Source: the human T2T-CHM13v2.0 reference genome, Homo sapiens
DNA: 64,000 nt
Strand: one strand, 5' to 3'
Assembly (NCBI RefSeq): GCF_009914755.1
Contig: NC_060928.1
Shown here: one piece after another, positions 29,598 through 44,189 of the stretch
Position numbering within the stretch: position 1 is the first letter of the stretch
Layout: each line of letters opens with the position of its first letter
Notes under the pieces: model-generated
What the model was told of the DNA's origin: nothing
Database searches by the model: none
The model's input: the letters and a program-made list of their open reading frames with translations, nothing else
Translations under genes and position numbers: made by a program

Positions 29598-30727
29598 TAT
29601 TAATGTCCCTCTCTTCCCCATACCACTAGGATCTAGGGTGTTCCCTCTGCAGGTGCTAAGGTTTTTGCTCCCTCTTCCATTGCTACAAAATCCAGTCCAG
29701 TGGCTATGTCTTCACCTTCTTTTCCAGTCATATCCCTGCTTTTACTCATCATTTTGTTGAAAAGGTCAAGTGCAAGATGGACAAAACTTACAGAGGCCTA
29801 TTACATCACAAACTCTGGCCAACCTGGGCCACTATATGGGGACTTGGCAAGCAGTGTGCTTAACTTAGTGGTCATTATCTTTATGATCTAGGATCATGTC
29901 AATACAAAAAGAGAATCCCAGTGCCTGAGTCAGAATTAAGTTTGACTCTTCTGTGCCCCCTTTTGGCTAGTTGTCGCTCGGAGGGTGTGCCAAACAGGCT
30001 GGCCCTGGTTGCTCTTAGAAGAAAGAAAGAAGCGTGCCCAAGAATGGTCAGGACAGAATCCCACTAAGTCTACATAGCCCTTCACCTCTGGTCATCACCC
30101 AGGGAGTGACTGAGAGGAAATGACTCCTTTTGGGAAATAGCTGCGTTAATTGATCAGATTGCCTCACTAAGGTGTGTTGAGTGGTAGGAGGTGAAGGAAG
30201 GAGAATTAGAAATCTTTTTGAGTGGGTTTTTTAGGAGGCCATTCTAACACTCAATGATACCAGATGCCTGTGAATGGTAGAGAACATGGAAGGTCCATTG
30301 AATTTCTTCACAATCAGCCTATTGTTGAGTGGCTAATTTTGTGACAGTCACTTTTATGATAAAAAGTATACTAATATCAGACTACAAGTGATTCAAAAGT
30401 CCAAGTACCTAACACAGGTGACTTTCAAGGACCACAATTCTGGACAGTAAATGAACTTTTCCCCTGCTTGAGAGGAAGGGACTATCTCTATCTTCCTTGA
30501 CTGTTCACTACAACAACGTGAAAAAAGTGTCTGGACCCAGGCAGGCAGAGCCTCTGCTTGCAAGATGTACAGAAACGTGAGAGACCCATTTCTTTAAACA
30601 AATAGTTGGATACAGAATTAATATCAGAAGGAATGACAGAAAGATATATATTTACATATTTATATGTACATGTATAAACATATACACACACACATACACA
30701 CATGCATATATATATCACAACGAATTA

Positions 30728-31057
<330 letters not shown>

Positions 31058-31104
31058 TTAATTATTAAAATTAATATTGCTAAAATAAGAAATAAATAAG
31101 CCTG

Positions 31105-32640
31105 TGAATATGATACCCCAAGAACACAATAGCATTCATATTGTTTTCCAGCCAAAAGTTCATACCTGAATCTGACTATGAGAAACCATCAGACAAACCC
31201 AAACTGAAAAAATTCTATAAAACAACTGACCTGCCTTCTCCAAAATGTCTTATGAAAGTCAAAGACATTCTTATGAAAGACAAAGAGAGACTGAGGAACG
31301 TCCTCTAAAGAGAGTGAAGAGTCATGATAACCAATGATCCGCGACTGATCCTGTCCCAAGAAAGAATGAAATTGCTACAGATGACATTATTGTGACAATT
31401 AATGAGATTGGAATATGGGCTGCAGATTAAATAATAGCATATAGCAATTTTAAATTTCCTGAGTTTGATTACTGTATTATTACAACATAAGAAATATTTT
31501 TGTCTGTAGGAAATACACATGGAAGAATTAACAGGTAAAGGGGCATGATAAAAGTAACATACTCTCCAATGGGTCAGAAAAAAATGTATCTATACTGAGA
31601 AAGAGATAATAAAATAAATATGGCAACATGTTAAAACTTGGTGAATCTGAGCAAGAGGAGTATGGGAGTTCTTTGTACTATTTTTGCAACTTTCTGGTAA
31701 GCTTGAATTTTTTAATAAGAAGGAAAAATAAAAAATTTAAAATAACAAATACTTGGGGGTAAAGTATTAAGAAGAATTATTCAAGATCTCTATGAAGAAA
31801 ACTTTAAAACTCTACTAAGAGACACAAAAGGAGCCTTGAATAACTAAAAAGGCATCATAATGAAGAAATAGCTTCATTAAGATGTCAATTCTCCTTAACT
31901 AGGTGCATAAATTTTATACAATTTTGATTGACTTAAACAGCAAGAAATAGCACAAAGTCATTTAAAAAATACTACAGTAGATATTAAAATGTACTATAAA
32001 GCCAGTTGAATAATGTTATATGGTAAGGTAGACTGCTCAGTGGACTAATTACAAAGGCAGAAATGCATCCAAATACACATGCACATTTTTGACCCAGCAA
32101 TTCTTTTTTTTCTTTTTATTTTATTCATTCATTCATTCATTCATTCATTCATTCATTCATTTTTAGATACAGGGTCTTGCTGTGTCACCCAGGCTGGAAT
32201 GCAGTGATGCAATCATGGCTCACTGCAGCCTTGAACTCCTGGGCTCAAGCAATCCACCCACCTCGGCCTCCCAAAGTGCTGGGATTACAGGCATGTGCCA
32301 CTGTGCCCAGCCTGACCCAGTAATTCTAATTATTGTATTTTGTCAGGTAGGTAATATTTGCATGTATGGAAAATGACATCTGTACAAAGTCATTCATTAC
32401 AGCACATTAGTAATACCAAAACATTGAAAATAGCCTTACTGTTCATTAATATGGGACTGATTAAATAATGATCTTCCCACACAAGGGAATTCCATGCATC
32501 CAGAAAGGAAAATGAGAATATACTCTATGTACTGATAACAAATGATCTCCTAGATGGAGAGCAAGATATTTAGTACACCATCACTTAATTTTTTAAAGGA
32601 AAGGAGGGGAAAATTACAAGTGTCTATATCTCTGTGTCTA
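31105..32640 (+). mobile_element. Old L1ME/L1MC fragments
   Basis: 'catcagacaaacccaaactga', 'gagttctttgtactatttttgcaactttct', 'tttgacccagcaatt'. Confidence 0.7.
32105..32312 (-). mobile_element. Monomeric Alu (FRAM/FAM-like) with (TCAT)n tail
   Basis: Single arm flanked by TSD tgacccag(c/t)aattct. Confidence 0.85.
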
Positions 32641-33491
32641 TATACATTGTGGTTGATAGAAAACAAAGAATGGCAATGGGAATTCAAAATATTACTTTTA
32701 TTATTGATAAAGCTCATGTCAGAGAACACAACTCAGGTATGCGCCAACAGTAGATTCCCCAGTACTAAACCCAAGAACTAGGCAGTCTCATTCACTTGGG
32801 CTGGGCCCCCACAACCCTCCCCATGTGAGGGCCACTCTTGTCCATGCTTAAACATGATTGGAGAGCAAAAAGTCTGTTTGCTGGAGTCACCTTGCTCCAA
32901 AAAGGAAGGGCAGGAACGAAATAACTAAGCTTCGTGCACCAATTTTTCTGCCACCCTCATCAATCATATAACTCATTATTTTCTGAGGAGAGGAGAAAGG
33001 GATGGGGGCCGAGGCCAGGAGAGTTAGGGAAAAAACACTTTTCAGGTAAACCTTGTGGATGAACAAAAGAAGTCCTTCCCCAGCCCCTTCCCCAAGAGAA
33101 TAGACAAGAAACTGGAAACTCTGAAGGCCTCTGGCAACAGGCACTAGATGACTGGGGGCGTGGACAGAAGGAGGCCATTTACTGGGTTGCCTTTTCCATT
33201 TTTGAAATTTTGAACCAGAGGACTCTATTTATATTGAAATATAAATAAAAATATTTCCAAATGATTATGTGCAGATAATTAAGAGCTGTAAGGAAAGAAT
33301 AAAGGAAAAATATTGAATTCATGTATCATTTGCTTCATGATGAAATGAATGGAATTTTACCTAACTTGATATAATTGGAAAATGTTTCCAAAACACAGGT
33401 AACCTACCCAGAAAGTATAGTTGATCCAGCCATGTTTTTGCTCCTTCTGCATGAAATGTATTGTCTGCCCATCAAGAGACCACAGATGGGG

Positions 33492-33790
33492 GAGCCAGGT
33501 GCAATGGCTCATACCTGTAATCCCAACACTTTGGGAAGCCAAGGTGGGAGGATCACTTGAAGACAGGAGTTAGAAACCAGCGTGGACAACATAGGAGATC
33601 TTGTCTCCACAAAATATTTTAAAATCAGCTGGGCATGGTGGCACGCACCTGTAGTCCCAACTACTCAGGAGGCTGAGGCAGGAAGATTGCTTGGGCTGAG
33701 GAGTTTGAGGCTGCAATGAGGTATGATTACGCCACTGCACTCTAGCCTGGGTGACAAAGTGAGACTCTGTTTCAAAACAAAAAGAAAGAG
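33492..33790 (+). mobile_element. AluJ
   Basis: J-type 'ggagtttgaggctgcaatgaggtatgatt'. Confidence 0.88.
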
Positions 33791-34194
33791 AGCATAAATG
33801 AGGTTGAAGAAAGTAGCTACAGGCTGGATCTGTGAAAAACCCAGAATCTAGAAGAGAAGGCAATATGATCAGTAAAATGCCTTCTCAGCACGGGGGACTC
33901 ATAACATGTGGGCAAGGGTGCTCTGGGTTGAGAGCTCATGTTGACCAACATTGATAATGTTAAAGAATGTCTTCTCCATACTCTGAGAGTCGCTTCTCCT
34001 TCAGGGCTGGAGTTGGTCATATAGGTGTGTTTGCTCACGCAGAAGGGGCAAAATGAACTTGTGTGGGTCCCCATTTTGTGCCTCTTCAGACTGACTTCTT
34101 CTTTGCCTCTTGGACATTGACAAATGGAGAAACTGAGATATAGCTCAGTAGCTCTCACCTTGACTCTGCTATTGAAGACCAGAGAAATCTAGAC

Positions 34195-34319
34195 TTTTAT
34201 GACTACTCCCAGATTTTACATATATATATATACATATATATATACACACACACACACAAATAATCTATTATATATATATATATACACACAAACAAATAAT
34301 CTAGGAGTAGTCATAAAAC

Positions 34320-34366
<47 letters not shown>
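34195..34366. repeat. Compound (TA)n/(CA)n/(TG)n microsatellite with a 21 bp inverted repeat
   Basis: Arms 34195-34215 and 34298-34318; (TG)n 34322-34365. Confidence 0.9.
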
Positions 34367-34368
<2 letters not shown>

Positions 34369-35114
34369 GGTTTGTTTATTTTTTGCTAATTTTCATACCC
34401 TTTTTTATTCATGTTCCCATACTTCTGATAGACTCTGAAGTGTCAAACCAGGCATATTTTTAAAACAGGTACTATAAATAGGTCATGAGAGGCAGCCAAG
34501 GAAAATGTCACCAACTCACAGTGGCACTGAAAGAAACATTTCAAAGAATAATTGACTCAAAGTGCTTCCTTGCTGAGCATGCAAAGGCTGAGGCAATGGT
34601 GAAAGAATGTAATGTGCCAAATTCAAAAAGGGCATTTAGGACAACCATTCTACCTTGTTCTATCCCTCGTCCCCTGACTTCCTCCCATGGAGAAATCAGC
34701 TTCTCCCTGACTGGCTCTGCTGGATTTAAAAAAGTGTTGTGTAATTTTTATTCTGAGTTTTCCAATTAAGGTAATGGATTCAGGAGAATAGATTGTGTAA
34801 CAATGAAGGAAAAATGAGAAAGAAAAGGGTGTTAAGAGAAAGAAACAACATAAAAGAAATAGCAAGCAATATTGAAAACAGAACCAACCAATCAACAAAC
34901 ATAACCCAACTTTTCTCCCAAACACTGCAGCTTAGAGGTGGCCTCAGGAGATCTATTGCCTAGGGCGGGACATTTGTCTCCCAGGACCTCGGCCTTCCAG
35001 GCAAGGAGGCTCTTCACACCTGATTGAAACAGTGGCTGGTCCCTGGACCAGAGGAGTTGTGTGGTGAAGCTTTCCCTAATCTACGTGAAACTGATGAAAA
35101 AGGGAGCAATGTAG

Positions 35115-35444
<330 letters not shown>

Positions 35445-35649
35445 TAAATAACTATCCTTTTTTATTCTGATGTTGTCTTTCCTAAATTTATGGTGCTAAA
35501 ATGTTATGTTTTTATCTTATGGAAATAGTAGATGCTAGTTGCTTTTTTTTTTTTTTTCAGTTGCTTTTAAATATACCCTACCTGGCCTAAATAAAAAAAG
35601 GTTGGGAACTCCCACATTCTCCAATGTTTTTAGAAATATATATCTTAGT

Positions 35650-36067
35650 GGAGGGGCACAGTGGCTCAGGCCTTTAATCCCAGCATTTGGGGAGGCCAAG
35701 GCAGGCAGATCAGCTAAGGTCCAGAGTGATCCAGACCAGCCTGACCAACACGATGAAACTCCATTTCTACTAAAAATACAAAATTAGCCAGGTGTGGTAG
35801 TGCATGCCCAGCTACTCAGGAGGCTGAGGCAGGAGAATTGATTGAAACTGGTAGGCGGAGGTTGCAGTGAGCCGAGATCGGTCCACTGCACTCCAACCTG
35901 GGTGACAGAGCAAGGGTCTGTCTCAAGAAAAAAAAAAAAAGAAAGAGAGAAAGAAAGAAAGAGAGACAGAGAGAAAGGAAGGAAGGAAGGAAGGAAGGAA
36001 GGAAGGAAGGAAGGAAGAAGGAAGGAAGGAAGGAAAGAAAAAGAAAAGAAAGAGAAAGAAAGAGAAA

Positions 36068-36123
<56 letters not shown>

Positions 36124-36126
36124 AAA
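35650..36126 (+). mobile_element. Degenerate AluS with tail expanded into (GGAA)n/(GAAA)n
   Basis: Dimer to ~35925; purine tract 35925-36126; TSD-like agaaatatatat. Confidence 0.85.
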
Positions 36127-36162
36127 TATATATTTTACTGATCCATGAAGTATAATATCTTA

Positions 36163-36470
<308 letters not shown>

Positions 36471-37080
36471 ACCCAAAAAACAGATATCATTATGGTTAAT
36501 TTGGTGAATTTACTTCAAATGAATATCAAAAATCACAATGTGGCAGGTTAGCAAGTACACATATAATTTTTTGAATTGCAAATAATGGGTAAACATATCA
36601 CTCTTCAAAAATTAGAAGGAAGAGTTAATTTAAAATTCTATTTGTCTTTAAAGACTTGCTTTCTTTATAAATCACTTTCTCATTGTAATAGCTTTAACAA
36701 TTATCCTTTAAAAAATAGAAATTTACTCTTATTTTAATATCTTTAGTAAAGTCAGAGCAAAATATTAATGTAAAATCTAGAACTTTTCATTCCTGTGATC
36801 CAAAAAATTGTATCTTACTAAAAAATGATAATCATGTAATGGCATGTCTGTATTTCCCTTCTGAAATATTTTAGGATACAAGTTTGCATTACTGAACATA
36901 TTTTAGACCCATTTACTTGCATCTCTGGCTTCCTGGACAAATTTTCAGGACAGTAGACCTAAAGTCTCATACCAAGATGTGAGTGTAGTCCCTAAAGGAT
37001 TAGAACAATGGCCTGGAAATCATGATAGAATCATGGTATTGGACAGTAATTCAGCGATCTCTGGGTTCAGCAATTCTTGA

Positions 37081-37287
37081 CAGTGCTTCTATTAAGTGCT
37101 TTTCAGTAAAAGAGTTCTTTAGTCAGGCAAATTTAGGAGATCCTGCATAATGCATTTCTACTTTGAAAATCCACAATACACATTGGCATGTTAAAACTTC
37201 TGAGAAATCCTACATTAAAGAAAATCTTTAACTTGGCTTAATCCAATATTCCCAAACTTTCTTTAGCATTTAATACTCATGAATGAA
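37081..37287. mobile_element. hAT-Charlie-like non-autonomous DNA transposon remnant
   Basis: Ends cagtgcttct... and ...cacactttgggaaacaatg resemble MER103/Charlie TIRs. Confidence 0.4.
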
Positions 37288-37609
37288 GCACACTTTGGGA
37301 AACAATGATCGAATACAACCTGTCTTACTGGTTGAAAAAGGGGGATCAGTAAAAGTTTAAGAGACTTGTCCAGTAGGTAGTAGCAGAGTACAGTCAGGAC
37401 CAGAACCCAGGCCCCCTGGATCCTAACCCAGGGCACTTTCTACTATGACATGCTACTTTTCTTTTACCTCATAAATAATTTAGAAGTGATGATGAAAACC
37501 CTGTTATCAAAATAAAGTAAACCCAAATGGATACAAAGTGCATTCTTAACTATTTCCATGCTTTTCCAGTTGATGTTGTTAAAACAACATTTTAAAAAAC
37601 TTGAAAGAT

Positions 37610-38329
<720 letters not shown>

Positions 38330-38806
38330 TTACGTTTGCATGTATGAAAAGTTGAGACAAAGATGTGAGCTTCTAAATAACACACTGAAGCCCTCTCTGA
38401 GAATCAAGTTTTACAAATTAGACAGTATGAACTTGGATACCTTGTGTCAGAGATTATTTTGGGCATGTGTCTGACAACTGATATTTGGAGTACAAAATAA
38501 TACACTGTACAACATAAGTTCTCCACAAAATATGTTCATTCTTATTTAGTAATCTCTAACACCTTTAAAGGAATTTTTCATCTAGAATTTTAAAAGGTAA
38601 TTTTAAAAACATTAATTTTAAAAAATACTCCTTTTAAAATTTTTGAAATAATTTTTATGTAGCATTGGTGTCCCATATCAGAATAGAATTAGTCATGCAT
38701 TTCCCATTAGTTTGGAATATTGTGAGGTGGTTAATTTTAGTGTTCCCGGATGACTTCCATTACTCCCTTAAAACAGGCCTTAGTGATCCATGTCATACAA
38801 TGAGTT

Positions 38807-38808
<2 letters not shown>

Positions 38809-38838
<30 letters not shown>
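38809..38838. repeat. (CA)n microsatellite
   Basis: Directly visible. Confidence 0.95.
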
Positions 38839-38840
<2 letters not shown>

Positions 38841-39020
38841 CTAATTTAATAGCTCTTTATCTTGAAAAAAAATTAAAGAAATCCATCTCCAAATTATCCC
38901 ACATAGAAATCCTGTGATGATTAGAGAACAGAATTTTCGAGTGGTCTTCATTTAAATAATGACAGAAATGGTTGGGGACAGTGGCTGTGTGCTCAGCACT
39001 GTGCTGAAATTAAAATAATA

Positions 39021-39911
39021 CTAGGTGAGTGCAAAAGTAATTGTGGTTTTTGCATTGTTAAAATTTGCCATTTGATATTGGAATACATTCTTAAATAAAT
39101 GTGGTTATGTTATACATCATTTTAATGGGTATTTCTCACTTTTTTGGCTAATAACATTACTTTCTGTTTATGTTTATTTTAGACTACAGAAATGATGTTA
39201 GACAAAAAGCAATTTTCTTCGTTGAGTTCAAAATGGGTCGTAAAGCAGAGGAGACAACTTGCAACATCAACAGTGCATCTGGCCCAGAACTGCTAATGAA
39301 CGTACAGTGCAGTGGTGGTTCCAGAAGTTTATGCAACAACAATGAACCATTTCTCGATTGGATTGTGACATGTGACAAAAAGTGGATTTTATACAACAAC
39401 CAGCAATGACCAGCTCAGTGGCTGGACCAAGAAAAAGCTCCAAAGCACTTCCCAAAGCCAAAATTGCACCAAAAAAAGGTCATGGTCACTGTTTGGTGGT
39501 CTGCTGCCAGTCTGATCCACTACAGCTTTCTGAAACCCAGTGAAACCATTACATCTGAGAAGTATGCTCAGCAAATCGGTGAGGTGCACTGAAAACTGCA
39601 AAGCCTGCAGCCAGCATTGGTCAATAGAAAGGGCCTAATTCTTCTTCACAACAATGCCTGACTGCACATTGCACAACCAACGCTTCAAAAGTTGGACGAA
39701 TTATGCTACGAAATTTGGCCTCATCTGCCAACCAAGCATTTGTCAAATCTTGAAGCAAGGATCTTTATACTACAGGAATAAACAAACATTTCTCACTGAC
39801 AAAAATGTGTTGATTGTAATGGTTCCCATTTTCATTAATAAAGATGTTTAAGCCTAGTTATAATGATTTAAAATTCAGTCTGAAACCACAATTACTTTTG
39901 CACCAACCTAG
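39021..39911 (+). mobile_element. Hsmar1 mariner transposon, internally deleted, both TIRs present
   Basis: TIRs ctaggtgagtgcaaaagtaattgtggtttt and aaaccacaattacttttgcaccaacctag; transposase remnants FKMGRKAEETTCNIN and NNEPFLDWIVTCDKKWILYNN. Confidence 0.95.
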
Positions 39912-40111
39912 TTTATTCAAAAAATTTGCAATTTAATATATGACCCTTTTGTCTTTTACCTTTTTATGAGAGTATTTTTTCTCAATTTAAGATTATTTTT
40001 AAGTTACAGAGAAAAAAATCACATGTTAAATTTTTACAGCCTAAGGCTATTTCTCTCTATTCATGGCGTACACCACACCTTCATAATCCTGTCCTTGTTT
40101 CTCTAAGCTTC

Positions 40112-40585
40112 TGTTGTAGGCACAATTCTAAGATGGTCACCATGGTCTCTGCCCCCTGGTGTTTCTCCCATGATTATATTAGTTACATGGCAAAAGTATT
40201 TTGCAGATGTAATTAAGGTTACTAATCATGTGATCTTAAAATAGAGAGATAGAGAACTTTGGTTGGTGTAATTTAATCATATGAGCCCTATAAAAACAGA
40301 TTTTTCTCTAGCTGGTAGTAGAGCTGGAAGTCAGAGAGATTCCAAGTGTCAGAAACATTTGACATGTCATTGCTGGCTTTGGAAGTGCAGGAAACCACGT
40401 GGTGAGAAATATTAACAGCTTCCAGGAGCTGAGAGCAGTCCCTGCCGGACAGCAAGCAAGGAAACAGGAAGTGCGATCCTTCAACCACGAAGAGCTAAGC
40501 ACTGCCAACAACCTAAAGGAGCTTGGAAAAGGATTGTCCCCTACTCCCCCTAGGTAAAAGCCCAGTCCAGCCTATACATGACTTT
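40112..40585 (+). mobile_element. MLT1D/E-type LTR, 3'-truncated
   Basis: 'ttacatggcaaaag...ttttgcagatgtaattaaggttactaatca...cattgctggctttg'. Confidence 0.75.
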
Positions 40586-40799
40586 AAAAATGTGTTAAGA
40601 AAAGTTCTAATTCTTATTATTTTTTTAAAAATCAAAAAGAGATATTGAAATTTTTTAAATGCTTGTATGCATCAACAGAGATAATCCTGTCATTCTCATT
40701 TCTTATCTATTAACCTGGTTAGCTGTTATTGTTTTCTTTGTGACTGTTCTTGTATTTCTGATATGATTCCAACTAGAGTATAGGCTATTACTGCATTAA

Positions 40800-41102
<303 letters not shown>

Positions 41103-41918
41103 CGTGCTACTAGATTCTAATTGTTAATATTTTAAAGTTTGTGCACTGATATGTGTACAATTACCCTGTAGCCTTGCTTTGTGATACTAGTTTTGTCAGG
41201 TATATTAACTGACACTTATATGCCCATCCCAACATGCTGATGCTTATCATTTGCATGGTATATCTCTTTCCATCCTTTTGTTTTTAATATATCTTTCATA
41301 TTTAAAGTTCGTTTCTTGTGGATAGAATACATTGGAGTCAGTCTTGCTTTTTTAATCCATTCGATAATCTCTACCTTTTAATAGTTTAGTCCATTTATAT
41401 TTATGCAGTTATTAATATGGTAGGATTTTGATCTACCAATGTAATTTTTAAAATATTTGACCCTTCCACTTTTTGTTGGGCTTTTCAATTTTTGCAGGAC
41501 TTTTTTTGCCTATGTGGTGGGTGTGGGGTACTATCTTGTGGTTTTACTTTATATTTTCCTAAATACTGATAAGATTTAGCACCTTTTCACATGTTTGTGA
41601 ACTATATGGGTATCTTCCTTGTAAAGTTGATTAGGTTTTTTGGCAATTTTTCTGTGAGTTTTCTTAACTTTTTCCTTCTTGATGCTGTAGAAGTGCTTTA
41701 TATATTCTGGTTGGCTATATATGTTGCAATTTCCTTCTCCCACTCTATTGCTTGCCTTTTTACTATCTTAATGGTCTTTTTTTGAGAAATACAGGCTCAT
41801 AATTTTAATGTAATCAAATTAATTTTTTCTTATTATTAATGCATTTTGTGCCATGGCCAAAGGCCACGAAGATGTTATCTTCTAAATATTTCATTGTTTG
41901 GCCTTTTATTTAGGTCTT

Positions 41919-44184
41919 TGATATGGTTTGGCTGTGTCCCCACCCAAATCTCAACTTGAATTGTATCTCCCAAAATTCCCATGTTGTAGGAGGAACCCAG
42001 GGGGAGGTAATTGAATCATGGGGGCTGGTCTTTCCTGTGTTATTCTCATGGTAGTTAATAAGTCTCATGAGATCCGATGGATTTATGAGGGGTTTCCACT
42101 TTTGCTTCTTCCTCATTTTCTCTTGCCACTGCCATATAAGAAGCACCTTTTGCCTCCCGCCATGATTCTGAGGCCTCCCCCGCCATGTGGAACTGTAAGT
42201 CCAATTAAACCTCTTTTTCTTCCCAGTCTCAGGTATGTCTTTATCAGCAGTGTGAAAATGGACTAATACAGTAAACTGGTACCAGTAGAGCGGGGTGTTG
42301 CTGAAAAGATACCCGAAAACATGGAAGCGACTTTGGAACTGGGTAACAGGCAGAGGTTGGAACAGTTTCGAGGACTCAGAAGAAGACAGGAAAATGTGGG
42401 AAAGTTTAGAACCTCCTAGAGACTTGTTGAATGGCTTTGACAAAAATGCTGATAGTGATATCAACAATAGGACCAGGCTGAGGTGGTTTCAGATGGAGAT
42501 GAGGAACTTGTTGGGAAATGGAGTAAAGGTGACTCTTGTTATCTTTTAGTAAAGAGACTGGCAGCATTTTGCCCCTACCATAGAGATTTGTGGAACTTCG
42601 AACTTGAGAGAGATGATTTAGGGTATCCAGCAGAAGAAATTTCTAAGCACCACAGCTTTCAAGAGATGACTTGGATGCTGTTAAAAGCATTCCATTTTAA
42701 AAGGAAAACAGAAGATAAAAGTTTGGAAAATTTGCAGTCTGATGATGCAGTAGAAAAGAAAAATCCATTTTGGGGGGAGAAATTCAAGCCAGCTGCAGGA
42801 ATTTGCATAAATAGCAAGGAGCCTAATGTTAATCCCCAAGATCATAGGGAAAATGTCTCCAGGCCATGTCAGAGACCTTCACAGCAGCCCCTCCCATCAC
42901 AGGCCTGGAGGCTCAGGAGGAAAAACTGGGCCCAGGGTCCCTGTGCTGTGTGCAGCCTAGGGACTTGGTGTCCTGTGCCCCAGCCACTCCAGCCATGGCT
43001 GAAAGGGGCCAACATACAGCTCGGGCAGTGGCTTCAGAGGGTGGAAGTTCCAGGCCTTGGCAGCTTCCATGTGGTGTTGAGCCTGCAGGTGCACAGAAGC
43101 CAAGAATTGAGGTTTGGTAACCTCTGCCTAGATTTCAGAAGATGTGTGGAAACGCCTGGATGCCCAGGCAAAAGCTTGCTGCAGGGCGGGGCCCTCATAA
43201 AAAACCTCTGATAGTGCAGTGTGGAAGGGAAATGTGGGGTCAGAGCCCCCACACAGAGTCCCTCCTGGGGCACTACCTAGTGGAGCTGTGAGAAGAGGGC
43301 CATCGTCCTCCAGACCCCAGAATGGTAGATCCAACAACAGCTTGCACTGTGTGCATGGAAAAGCCACAGACATTCAATACCAGCCCGTGAAAGCAGCTGG
43401 GAGGGAGGCTGTACCCTGCAAAGCCACAGGGGCAGAGCTGCCCAAGACCAAGGGAACTCACATCTTGCATCAGCGTGACCTGGATGTGAGACCTGGAGTC
43501 AAAGAGATCATTTTTAAGCTTTAAGATTTGACTACCCCGCTGGATTTCAGGCTTGCATGGGTCCTGTAACCCCTTTGTTTTGGCCAATTTCTCCCATTTG
43601 GAAAGGCTGTATTTACCCAATACCTGTATCCTCATTGTACCTAGAAAGTAACTAGCTTGTTTTTGATTTTACAGGCTCATAGGCAGAAGGGATTTGCCTT
43701 GAGACCTTGGACTGGGGACTTTTGGGTTAATGCTGAAATGAGTTAAGACTTTGGGGGACTGTTGGGGAAGGCATGATTGGTTTTGAAATGTGCAGACATG
43801 AGATTTGGAGCATCCAGGGGCGGAATGATATGGTTGGGCTCTGTCTTCACCCAAATCTCAACTTGAATTGTATCTCCCAGAATTCCCACGTGTTGTGGGA
43901 GAGACCTAGGGGGAAGTAATTGAATCACGCGGGACGGTCTTTGGTATGCTATTCTCGTGACAGTGAATAAGTCTCACGAGATCTGATGGGTTTATCAGGG
44001 GTTTTCGCTTTTGCTTCTTCCTCATTTTCTCTTGCCGCTGCCATGTAAGAAGTGCCTTTTTCCCCCCGCCCCCACCATGATTCTGAGGCGTCCCCAGCCA
44101 TGTGGAACTGTAAGTCCAATTAAACCTCTCTTTCTTTCCAGTCTAGGTATGTCTTTATCAGCAGTGTGAAAATGGACTAATACA
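41919..44184 (+). mobile_element. Full-length THE1A MaLR provirus (LTR 41919-42270, internal, LTR 43826-44184)
   Basis: Two homologous LTRs tgatatgg...gactaataca; THE1-int start gtaaactggtaccagtagag; exact 5 bp TSD gtctt at 41914-41918 and 44185-44189. Confidence 0.95.
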
Positions 44185-44189
44185 GTCTT

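Noticed and set aside
39170-39409. SETMAR-like peptide
   Set aside because: Dead Hsmar1 copy with both TIRs and internal deletions; no SET-domain exons.
42483-43211. 242 aa ORF
   Set aside because: Frameshifted remnant of the THE1 internal ORF, not a host gene.
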